Below, in pieces: positions 1 to 7,643 of a DNA stretch of 34,987 nt. How positions within the stretch are numbered: position 1 is the stretch's first letter; each line of letters opens with the position of its first letter. Origin of the DNA: an uncultured Gammaproteobacteria bacterium (GTDB lineage Bacteria; Patescibacteriota; Patescibacteriia; JACQRZ01); assembly GCA_964370875.1 (NCBI GenBank), contig CAYJLM010000002.1:1-34987 (forward strand), written 5' to 3'. The translations under genes were made by a program, and so were the position numbers. Below the pieces are notes generated by a model that searched no databases, was not told the DNA's origin, and saw nothing but the letters and a program-made list of their open reading frames with translations.

Positions 1-1
1 C

Positions 2-940
2 TCCGGTACTCCTCAGGACAACGAAACAAAATTTGGTGTGACATTCAGCCCCTTCTACGCTGAAGAGTTTGGGGTTGATTGGCGTAAAGCGTATACCGCA
101 ATCCTCGACGATTTGGGTGTTCGCTATTTTCGGCTATCCGCCTATTGGAACACAACCGAGCCGCAAGATGAAGAATTTAATTTTGACGATCTCGATTTTC
201 AGCTTGATGAAGCGGCACTTCGCAATGCCCATGTTCTCTTGGGTGCTGGTCGAAAATTACCTCGCTGGCCGGAATGTCATGATCCGGAATGGGTAAAAAA
301 TTTGTCAAAGGAGGAATTTGAACAAAAGGTTCTTGACTATGTTTCAGTTGTAGTAAAACGGTACAAGGATCATGCGGCACTGTCGCGATGGCAAGTGGAA
401 AATGAAGTACTGTTTCCGTTTGGCGATTGTACGCACCCCTATAACCTTTCATTGTTAAAAAAAGAAATCAACCTTGTTCGCTCTCTTGACCCGAATCACG
501 AGGTTGTTGTAACGGATTCGGGGGAGTGGACGATTTGGATTCCGCTTGCATTTTTCGGTGATACGCTTGGCATTAGTATGTATCGTGAAGCGTGGAACGA
601 TTTTCTTCATTCACACATTCCGTTTCCAGTGAAAGAGGGGTGGTATCAGCTTCGAGCAAAGCTTATCCAGCCATGGAAAAAAACAATTATTGTCACCGAG
701 TTGCAGGCAGAGCCCTGGGCCGGCAAGCCGGTGGAAAAAATGGGACCGGATGAAAGTGTGCTTCTGATGCCACTGGATAAGATTAGGGACAATATCCAAT
801 TTGCGAAAAATGTTGGATTTCCGGAAGTATATCTGTGGGGTGTTGAGTGGTGGTATTCTCTTCGCGAACAGGATTTTTCCGAAATCTGGAATGGAATGAA
901 GGATGTTTTTAGTAATAGCAGTGCGTATGGAGATAAGTGA
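2..940 (+). CDS. glycoside hydrolase, TIM-barrel type (GH5/GH42-like); 5' end lies outside the window
   Basis: Frame stays open from base 2 (no stop upstream of the GTG at 38). QVENE (acid/base-like) and TELQAEPW (nucleophile-like) motifs. Stop TGA 938-940. Confidence 0.6.
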   Translation, partial: SGTPQDNETKFGVTFSPFYAEEFGVDWRKAYTAILDDLGVRYFRLSAYWNTTEPQDEEFNFDDLDFQLDEAALRNAHVLLGAGRKLPRWPECHDPEWVKNLSKEEFEQKVLDYVSVVVKRYKDHAALSRWQVENEVLFPFGDCTHPYNLSLLKKEINLVRSLDPNHEVVVTDSGEWTIWIPLAFFGDTLGISMYREAWNDFLHSHIPFPVKEGWYQLRAKLIQPWKKTIIVTELQAEPWAGKPVEKMGPDESVLLMPLDKIRDNIQFAKNVGFPEVYLWGVEWWYSLREQDFSEIWNGMKDVFSNSSAYGDK

Positions 941-2189
941 AATACGAGGAGTAGCTCCGATACTTTCTGTTTCTGAATTCGTTGAATACATAAACATTGC
1001 AATCGGTCAGCGAAAGGTGAGCATTGAAGGTGAGATTTCCGGATACCATCTCAATCAGGGGAAGTGGGTTTTTTTCGACTTGAAAGACGAAGACAGTAAA
1101 ATAGGATGCTTTGCGGCATCATGGAATATGCGCACGGCTCTCGAAGATGGTATGCAGGTTGTCGTGCATGGCGTTCCGCGCGTATATGGAAAGAGCGGGA
1201 AATTTTCGATTATGGTCGATTCAATAGAGCTGAGAGGGGAGGGATCGCTTCGGCGTGCGTTTGAGCTGACAAGGAAAAAATTAGAAGCAGAAGGATTGTT
1301 TGATGTTGCGCGAAAGCGGCCATTGCCGCAGTTTCCCGAAAAAATCGGCATCATCGCATCTCGCGAGTCAGCCGCATATACGGACTTCATGCGTATTGTG
1401 CAATCCCGCTGGGGTGGAGTCGAGCTCTATCTCTACCATGTACAGGTGCAAGGCGAGCGGGCAGTGGGCGATATTATAAAAGCATTTGAATGGTTTAATA
1501 CTGTCGGTATTCAAGAGGGGGTACAGTCGATTGCGTTGATCCGCGGTGGCGGCTCGCTTGAGGACTTGCAGGCGTTTAACTCGGAAGGTGTGGCTCGCGC
1601 GGTTTTTGGATCGCGTTTGCCGGTTGTGTGCGGTGTTGGTCATGAACGGGACGAGAGTCTGGCTGATTACGCCGCCGATGTGCGCGCCGCAACACCGACG
1701 CATGCTGCCAGCTTGATCGTACCGGACAGGGAAGAAATCAGCGATGCGCTTGCCGCCCACACTTCAACGCTTTCGCGCTCCCTCGCATACGCGCTCGAGT
1801 GGCACGCGCATGGCATACAATCGCATCTTTCAGCACTTTCATCCTCGTTTCATCGCCATACACTGCGGTTTGGGGAGCTCCAGTCCTCATTGCTTCGTGC
1901 TGATGGGCAGATACACCACACAATCTCGACAGCGCGTGAGGTGTGTACCGTAAGAGCAACACGCCTGAATGACATGATGCACAATAGGGTTGAGCAAAAG
2001 AGCGCGACGACGACATTTTTTGAGCGTTCACTTGCCCAAGTGAATCCATTGACGGTGCTCAAGCGCGGGTATACGATTACACGGAGAAAGGGGAGTATCG
2101 TTACGCGAGCAAAAGAATTACACGCGTCCGAAACGCTCTCGATACAATTTTCAGACGGTACTATTGATGTGGCAACATTGAGTATGTAG
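927..2189 (+). CDS. xseA: exodeoxyribonuclease VII large subunit
   Basis: N-terminal OB-fold-like LSVSEFVEYIN...VSIEGEISG, then IGIIASRESAAYTDF and IRGGGSLEDL motifs typical of XseA. ATG 927 preferred over ATG 903. Overlaps the upstream gene by 14 nt. Confidence 0.85.
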   Translation: MEISEIRGVAPILSVSEFVEYINIAIGQRKVSIEGEISGYHLNQGKWVFFDLKDEDSKIGCFAASWNMRTALEDGMQVVVHGVPRVYGKSGKFSIMVDSIELRGEGSLRRAFELTRKKLEAEGLFDVARKRPLPQFPEKIGIIASRESAAYTDFMRIVQSRWGGVELYLYHVQVQGERAVGDIIKAFEWFNTVGIQEGVQSIALIRGGGSLEDLQAFNSEGVARAVFGSRLPVVCGVGHERDESLADYAADVRAATPTHAASLIVPDREEISDALAAHTSTLSRSLAYALEWHAHGIQSHLSALSSSFHRHTLRFGELQSSLLRADGQIHHTISTAREVCTVRATRLNDMMHNRVEQKSATTTFFERSLAQVNPLTVLKRGYTITRRKGSIVTRAKELHASETLSIQFSDGTIDVATLSM

Positions 2190-2351
2190 AAAAATATCAC
2201 GTGGGAGTTTCTTCCGGCTCATTTTTGCCCAATTTTTCCCCAAAAAAGCGCTAAACTCGTCAGAATACAGCAGTATTCATCCTCACTCATCATCATTTTT
2301 GGAAAAAAATTGAATCAAAACCGACCAGGAAGCTATTTTTTACATACTCAA
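2178..2351 (+). repeat. long-armed palindromic element (divergent member of the family described in findings)
   Basis: Arms ttgagtatgtagaaaaata (2178-2196) and tattttttacatactcaa (2334-2351) pair over 18 bp with one bulged G. Inner stem cttccgg (2211-2217) / ccaggaag (2325-2332). Short matches to the 7497-7630 core: tttcttcc, taaactc, tcctc. Confidence 0.55.
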
Positions 2352-2355
2352 CACT

Positions 2356-2589
2356 ATGAAAACAAAACAAAAAAAAGACCAGTCATTTGCGGCGGTCTTT
2401 CAGGAACTTGAAGAAATCGTTAAGAAATTTGAAGACGGGAAACTCGATCTCGATGAAAGTTTGAACTATTTTGAACGAGGGCTTGAGCTTGCCGCGGTCT
2501 GCAAGAAATACTTGGCCGGTGTCGAAAATCGCGTTCACGAAATAAAAAAGAAATTTTCAAACGACAATTTGTTTGATGATGAGGAATGA
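2356..2589 (+). CDS. xseB: exodeoxyribonuclease VII small subunit
   Basis: 77 aa. FEDGKLDLDESLNYFERGLEL matches the XseB helical hairpin signature. Sits next to xseA. Confidence 0.85.
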   Translation: MKTKQKKDQSFAAVFQELEEIVKKFEDGKLDLDESLNYFERGLELAAVCKKYLAGVENRVHEIKKKFSNDNLFDDEE

Positions 2590-4661
2590 ATAATATGAAT
2601 CACAATCGGGAAATAGGGGGACCATTTCGCCAGCCGGATCCGGATGGAGATATGGTAGCCGAAGAAAGCGGTAGCCCTGTAAAAGAAAAGGAAATCGCAC
2701 CAGATCCGATTTCCGAGCTGACAAAAGAAATTACGGCACTATCGGAGGAATATGCTGAAGGCGAGTTGAGCGCTGTTGCATACGTCGATCGGGTCGTGCC
2801 GCTCTTTGCGCGTCGAGAGGATCGCATTCGTCATCACCATCCAAAAAACAGTGATGTCGTGAAGAATGTGTTTGCCGCGAAAACACCCCGGTTGTCCGCG
2901 ATTCTCCATGATTTTAATTTCGGAGATATCGTTGATACGCAGCATCCGCTGAACGCAATGAGCGATGATGTGAAAAAAGCGAAATCGGCTGTTACTGCCG
3001 TTGTTGGCTATCGTTTTGCGTACCGACCCTTTTTATATGCGATGACTCTTTGTAAGTCGTCCAGATCATGGGATAAAACCGTGAGAGGAGAACCCACACT
3101 TCAGTATAATAGAGAAGACATGAGAATTCGCGAGGAATTTTGGCACGAAATTGTATCACTGCAGGAAACACTGGGCGTTTCCGATTTTAATAAACGCGCC
3201 GGACTCGCAGCACTTATTCTCCTGACGGATACCGCACAGAGGAAAATGATTCAAGATGTCCACGATCTTCTCGCAAAGCCCGGAAGCGTCATGACTCGCG
3301 CTGAAGAGGATTTTTGGGAGCACTATTTGATTGGAAAACCGCGTAATGAAGGGATCGCATTTTGCCGCAATTATGTTGTGGATGCTGATGAAAAAATGAA
3401 AGGCGCGGCGAACGATATATACGGAGCAATCGGAGATCGAGTTGTTAGGGCATGGAGCGATCTTCTTGCTCAATTCTATACATGTGGTGATTCCCAACAA
3501 GAAAAAGACGCATTTTTATCGGTGTTACGGTATGCGGGCGAGCAACTTTTAGCGGGAAAAATTCAATTGGCGGAACGCGCAATGCAAAAGTATTCCCGAC
3601 GGGAGGTTGCGCATTTTACTCCGCAGATCGTCAAAGAAGAGTCTGAAAAAAAAGCCACCACTGAAATACAAGAAAATACGCAAGCGACAGAAAAAGAAGC
3701 CCTTGAGTTTCTAGAAAAATATAAGGGGCATCTCTTGCTCAATCTTGAATCAATCAAGCGAAAAGATAACTTTGATTTTTTGACTATAACGATCAACGAC
3801 GAAACGCAAGAACTCATTGTGTTTAATGTTCGGATTGGAAAGACTCACGGTGCGGAGAGTCAGATCGGTAGCGGGTTGAGCATTTCTCGGTTTAGTGGTC
3901 GCCGTATGGTACCTGCAAATTTTATGAAGCGGATTCGGTTTGGAAATGAGTATTACCGCGATAGGGTACATGCGCAAACGCAACAACCAGGTGAGGCCAT
4001 CGGCGGGAAGCAACAGATATCGTCGCGACTAGTTCAGGCGAGCGGCGCGCTTTTTGATATTGGCGCTGTTGAAGCGCTTTCCCGCGGGCACATACTGATG
4101 GCGGCGAGAGATTTTTTTAAGAGTGATGCCGCGCGTGCGTTAGTCGGTGATGCTCAGGATGAAATTGTCAGGAATATAGAAACACTTTCGCTTCCTTTCG
4201 AGGGTATAAGTGCTGTTGACAAGCAAATGACAAGAGCAACAAGAAGTGAGCATGAGATGAAGGCGCTTGAGCACATTCTTACCCTCCATCACCATGTTTT
4301 TATTCGGCCGATAAAGAAGAGACATATCGAAAACCTGTCGTCAGATATTATTGTGATACAGATTCTCGGTGTCGTATCAGAAGAGGATTTCAAAAAAAGC
4401 GATCGTAAAAGTCATGCGCAAGCTACCGCCAACGGAATTGAACATCCGGTTCTCCTTACTCGCCGCTATTCGTTTTCTTACAATGGAGAACTTATTCAGA
4501 ACATGGTTGCGGGCACATCGTCATTTGCGCGCTTTGAAGAAGAAATAGAAGCGGAAGGTACGATGGATATGGGGAAATATGACGAGGTAACGACGACGGT
4601 GGTGCGCCGTCTTCGTGACGAATACAAAACGCAACTCAAAGAAAAAGAATCGGAAAAATGA
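2586..4661 (+). CDS. hypothetical protein, 691 aa, no domain recognised
   Basis: Longest ORF in the interval. ATGA start/stop overlap with xseB. Acidic/lysine-rich termini. I could not identify any catalytic motif. Confidence 0.7.
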   Translation: MNNMNHNREIGGPFRQPDPDGDMVAEESGSPVKEKEIAPDPISELTKEITALSEEYAEGELSAVAYVDRVVPLFARREDRIRHHHPKNSDVVKNVFAAKTPRLSAILHDFNFGDIVDTQHPLNAMSDDVKKAKSAVTAVVGYRFAYRPFLYAMTLCKSSRSWDKTVRGEPTLQYNREDMRIREEFWHEIVSLQETLGVSDFNKRAGLAALILLTDTAQRKMIQDVHDLLAKPGSVMTRAEEDFWEHYLIGKPRNEGIAFCRNYVVDADEKMKGAANDIYGAIGDRVVRAWSDLLAQFYTCGDSQQEKDAFLSVLRYAGEQLLAGKIQLAERAMQKYSRREVAHFTPQIVKEESEKKATTEIQENTQATEKEALEFLEKYKGHLLLNLESIKRKDNFDFLTITINDETQELIVFNVRIGKTHGAESQIGSGLSISRFSGRRMVPANFMKRIRFGNEYYRDRVHAQTQQPGEAIGGKQQISSRLVQASGALFDIGAVEALSRGHILMAARDFFKSDAARALVGDAQDEIVRNIETLSLPFEGISAVDKQMTRATRSEHEMKALEHILTLHHHVFIRPIKKRHIENLSSDIIVIQILGVVSEEDFKKSDRKSHAQATANGIEHPVLLTRRYSFSYNGELIQNMVAGTSSFARFEEEIEAEGTMDMGKYDEVTTTVVRRLRDEYKTQLKEKESEK

Positions 4662-4665
4662 TTCA

Positions 4666-5082
4666 TTACGTTCGAGTCGCAAGATAATCCTCAATAACCG
4701 GTTTGATATTTGGCGCGCAGTCGGACGGAAGATTGTGAATGTCATGCCACGCCCATTCGGAGGTGGTGCCGCCGGGAACAACTTCACCGATACGTTTTGA
4801 GAGCCAGTGGATCAAAACGACGAGGGTGTTTTTATCTTCCTCGCTTACAGCAGGCTTCATAATCATCATTGGCTTGAGCGGCCGGATGATTTCAATATCA
4901 AGACCGAGCTCCTCATTTGCTTTCCGGCAGGCGGCCGTCTCGAGTGAGCGCCCCTCATCAGTCAAGTCGGACAGTTCCACTTTTCCGCCGGGGAATTTCC
5001 AAAATGAATCGCGCCCGTCTTTGTCTAGAAGGACTTTTTCATTTTCTATAATGACAGGACCCGATGCAATGATATATTGCAT
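4666..5082 (-). CDS. Nudix hydrolase
   Basis: Nudix-box-like GGKVELSDLTDEGRSLETAACRKANEELGL. ATG at 5082 preferred over the TTG at 5091, which would overlap the upstream stop. Confidence 0.75.
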   Translation of the reverse strand: MQYIIASGPVIIENEKVLLDKDGRDSFWKFPGGKVELSDLTDEGRSLETAACRKANEELGLDIEIIRPLKPMMIMKPAVSEEDKNTLVVLIHWLSKRIGEVVPGGTTSEWAWHDIHNLPSDCAPNIKPVIEDYLATRT

Positions 5083-5084
5083 AT

Positions 5085-5642
5085 CTAGCAACCTTTTTCA
5101 AAAAAGTGCAGAACGGTATTGATTTTCTCTTCAATCGTCAAAAGACCCGAATTGAGCGTAATGTGATAGCCGCTCGAATCGCGATAGTCGTAGTCGGATC
5201 CGTATAATTTTTTTGCAAGGTCTAGCTGGCGATTTTCACGTTCGTTGAGGAGCGCCATAATTTCTTCGAGCGATTTTCCGGCAATTTCTTTCTTATCTGT
5301 CTGCATGCCACGCTGTGCGCGGACTTCAAGCGGCGCGGTGATAAACACGCGCAAGACAGGCAATCCATCACCAATAATGCCATGCCACATGTCGCCGATG
5401 ACGTTTCCTTTTGCTAGAACATCATGAGCATATGTATCTGTTTCACGTTCTTCTTCAGGCGTGATTGAGCGAAGGTATTCCTCGAACGTCAGCTCGGCGT
5501 CTGGATATTTTTCTACCCATCGTTGCCTCAGCAGTCCACCGACATAAAAAACAGGCCAGCCAAGCTTTTCAGCGAGTTGGCGCGATGTTGTTGTTTTTCC
5601 CGATCCGGGAAGCCCGGAGAATAAAATGCCGTTAAAACGCAT
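5085..5642 (-). CDS. P-loop nucleotide kinase, cytidylate-kinase-like
   Basis: Walker A GLPGSGKTT eight residues after the internal ATG at 5642. The 46 codons upstream in the ORF track are the palindromic element, not coding sequence. Confidence 0.7.
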   Translation of the reverse strand: MRFNGILFSGLPGSGKTTTSRQLAEKLGWPVFYVGGLLRQRWVEKYPDAELTFEEYLRSITPEEERETDTYAHDVLAKGNVIGDMWHGIIGDGLPVLRVFITAPLEVRAQRGMQTDKKEIAGKSLEEIMALLNERENRQLDLAKKLYGSDYDYRDSSGYHITLNSGLLTIEEKINTVLHFFEKGC

Positions 5643-5673
5643 AAAGTGATTCGATTGTATTGATTTTGTGCCT

Positions 5674-5793
5674 AAGACAAACGTAGTTGAGTGCAATTCT
5701 AGGCGCCGGCGAGGATCGGAGTAAAACGTATACAGTATACGTTGTCGAGAACCGGAGCTGGTAACAACGAAATGCGCCAACTACGTTTGTCTT
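5674..5793 (-). repeat. palindromic structured element, subfamily 1, copy a
   Basis: 15-bp closing stem 5674-5688 / 5779-5793. Central hairpin aacgtata-cag-tatacgtt (5725-5743). The 90-nt core 5689-5778 aligns without gaps to 28908-28997 as reverse complement (73/90 identical). Confidence 0.85.
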
Positions 5794-7487
5794 TATGCTA
5801 GTATTTTTACCATATATGTGTCTTCAAGTCCATACCCAAGCTTCGCATAGTATTCGCGCACCCCTATGCCGGCAATGACCGCCATTTTGGTATATCCTGC
5901 ATCCTTGGCGATTATTTCAGCTCGCTCCATGAGCTTTCTCCCTAATCCCTTGTGTTGCGAGGCGCTGGAATCTTTTTCGTTAATAGTAACGAGCTGTCCG
6001 TACGTGTGTAGTTCTCGGATGAGCGCGGCACCACGGAGTTCTTCGAAATGGTCAACGATGGGATTATCTACGGAGGAGGGGAATCGCAGGCGCAGGAACG
6101 CAAACAAGACAGACTCATCCTCACTTTCGTAGCTCAAAAAATACTCAATTCCCCCCGATGCGCTATATGTCCTCTCCTTGTAATAAGGAGCACCTATATG
6201 CTGAGCATTAGACTCAAGAACGTGCCCAACCTCTCTGCAACGCAAGCACCGACATACGAGCCCATGCTCTTCCATGTATTCCCGCACGGTTTGCCGTAGG
6301 TTTGTCACCTTACTTCCGTGTGAAATTTCTTGCGACGGAAAATCTCGAATGATGCGTGCGATACGCATAGTGGGTGGCACGAGCGCTTTGATCTGGGCGA
6401 GAAGGGGAACAAGCTGTTCGGTGGTGTAGGGCGTATAGCGGCCATCGCGCACCCATTCCTCAAGCTCTGTTGTGGGCGTGACAATACAGGGATAGAGCTT
6501 AATCGTATCGGGCTGGAAATCGCTTTGGGAAAAAATACGCTGCGCATCGCGCACATCACTCTCCGGGGTCGCGCCGGGTAATCCCTGCATAAGATGATAG
6601 TCCACTTTGAGTCCCGCATCCTTCAGAAGGCGGGTCGCATAAATTGAAGCGCCCGTGAGGTGTCCGCGTTTGATGCGTTTTAGAATCGTGTCATCGGGTG
6701 ATTGCACCCCCAGCTCAACCCGCGTGACCCCCAGGTCGCGCAAGCGCTTGATTTCCTGAACGCTGATCCAGTCGGGTCGCGTTTCTATTGTCAGTCCGAT
6801 ACAGCGATGGACGGCTGTTTCATTGATGCTCTGCTGTTCAAAAAGTTTTTCACTCCGCCATTCGTTTTTTTCCGTACCTAAAAAACGACTGAACGGTGAG
6901 TCAGGAGAAGGGGGCGGCATATCGCGCGCGGGACCTCCGACATCGTTCATTGCGCGGAAACACTCAGCGATAAACCACTGCTGGTAGTCGACAGGGTAAG
7001 ACGACCATGTTCCACCCTTGATAATCAGTTCAATCTTGTCGGCAGGATGGCCGTTGCGTTCTAGGATTTCAATGCGCCGGCGTGTTTGGGTATACGGATC
7101 AAACTGTAATGTGAGCGCCCGTGCCGCTGCCGGTTCGGTCGCGATATAGCTTTTGGGCATGCGTTCCTCAGTGGGACAGTAGACGCATTTTCCCGGACAC
7201 GGATGAGGCATGGTTAGAAGCGTAACGATTGCCACACCGGATTTTGACCGGATTGGTTTTACGTGAAGCGCTGTTTCAAGCGCCTTATTTTTTGGAGTGG
7301 CGTTCTTGCTCCGCAGGGCGTTATAGGTGTCGCGGATATCGTTGTGCTGGAAGAGCCCCGTACTTTTTCCCTTTGCCGCCTTTTTTTTGAGTTGGTGCAG
7401 AAGGAGGGGGGTTATATTGTCAGAAAGGGCTAATTCGTGTATAATTGAATCAGGAGCAGGATTGGTGCTTATGCCTGTTTTTTGCAT
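5793..7487 (-). CDS. elp3: Elp3-family radical SAM / GNAT acetyltransferase
   Basis: Cys cluster CPGKCVYCP, radical-SAM barrel, and C-terminal GNAT motif QHKGLGRKLMERAE. ATG 7487 (MQKTGIS...) preferred, because the 42 upstream codons are element sequence. Confidence 0.8.
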   Translation of the reverse strand: MQKTGISTNPAPDSIIHELALSDNITPLLLHQLKKKAAKGKSTGLFQHNDIRDTYNALRSKNATPKNKALETALHVKPIRSKSGVAIVTLLTMPHPCPGKCVYCPTEERMPKSYIATEPAAARALTLQFDPYTQTRRRIEILERNGHPADKIELIIKGGTWSSYPVDYQQWFIAECFRAMNDVGGPARDMPPPSPDSPFSRFLGTEKNEWRSEKLFEQQSINETAVHRCIGLTIETRPDWISVQEIKRLRDLGVTRVELGVQSPDDTILKRIKRGHLTGASIYATRLLKDAGLKVDYHLMQGLPGATPESDVRDAQRIFSQSDFQPDTIKLYPCIVTPTTELEEWVRDGRYTPYTTEQLVPLLAQIKALVPPTMRIARIIRDFPSQEISHGSKVTNLRQTVREYMEEHGLVCRCLRCREVGHVLESNAQHIGAPYYKERTYSASGGIEYFLSYESEDESVLFAFLRLRFPSSVDNPIVDHFEELRGAALIRELHTYGQLVTINEKDSSASQHKGLGRKLMERAEIIAKDAGYTKMAVIAGIGVREYYAKLGYGLEDTYMVKILA

Positions 7488-7496
7488 AGTTTTTTG

Positions 7497-7630
7497 ATTT
7501 ACGAAACTTGTTATGTTCGGACATTTCTTCCTCGGGGCCGGATATTTTTCTGCTGAAAAATTCCTTAAACTCAGACCGTCGTCCTCCGTATGCCCCTGTG
7601 GAGAAACGTCCAAACATAAGTTTCGTAATT
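7497..7630 (+). repeat. palindromic structured element, subfamily 2, copy a
   Basis: Closing stem 7497-7509 / 7618-7630 plus 7513-7517 / 7613-7617. P2 tttcttc (7524-7530) / ggagaaa (7600-7606). The 68-nt core 7535-7602 is 64/68 identical to 18193-18260. Confidence 0.9.
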
Positions 7631-7643
7631 CCTAAGCAGATCC

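Noticed and set aside
5643-5780. N-terminal extension of the kinase ORF (MAHFVVTSSGSRQRILYTFYSDPRRRLEL...) resembles the 62-aa ORF at 28906-29094 (MAHFFVANSGTRQRTLCTPYSVPHWRLEL...), suggesting a conserved peptide.
   Set aside because: Both are read-throughs of the same palindromic element. The kinase has its Walker A right after the internal ATG 5642, and the nucleotide-level stem covariation explains the similarity better than coding does.
7488-7613. Elp3 ORF extension (PQGHTEDDGLSLRNFSAEKYPA) matches the antisense ORF 18032-18346 inside dus (PQGHTEGDGLSLRNFSAEKYPA).
   Set aside because: This is the same element read on the minus strand. Elp3 homology starts near the internal ATG 7487, and the second ORF is antisense to a well-supported dus gene.
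7497-7630. Small self-cleaving ribozyme identity for the elements (hammerhead, twister, HDV-like).
   Set aside because: There is no CUGANGA...GAAA hammerhead core on either strand. The cctcgccggcgcc resemblance to the HDV ribozyme is short and lacks the nested pseudoknot partners. This was not testable further by eye, so the elements are left unclassified.
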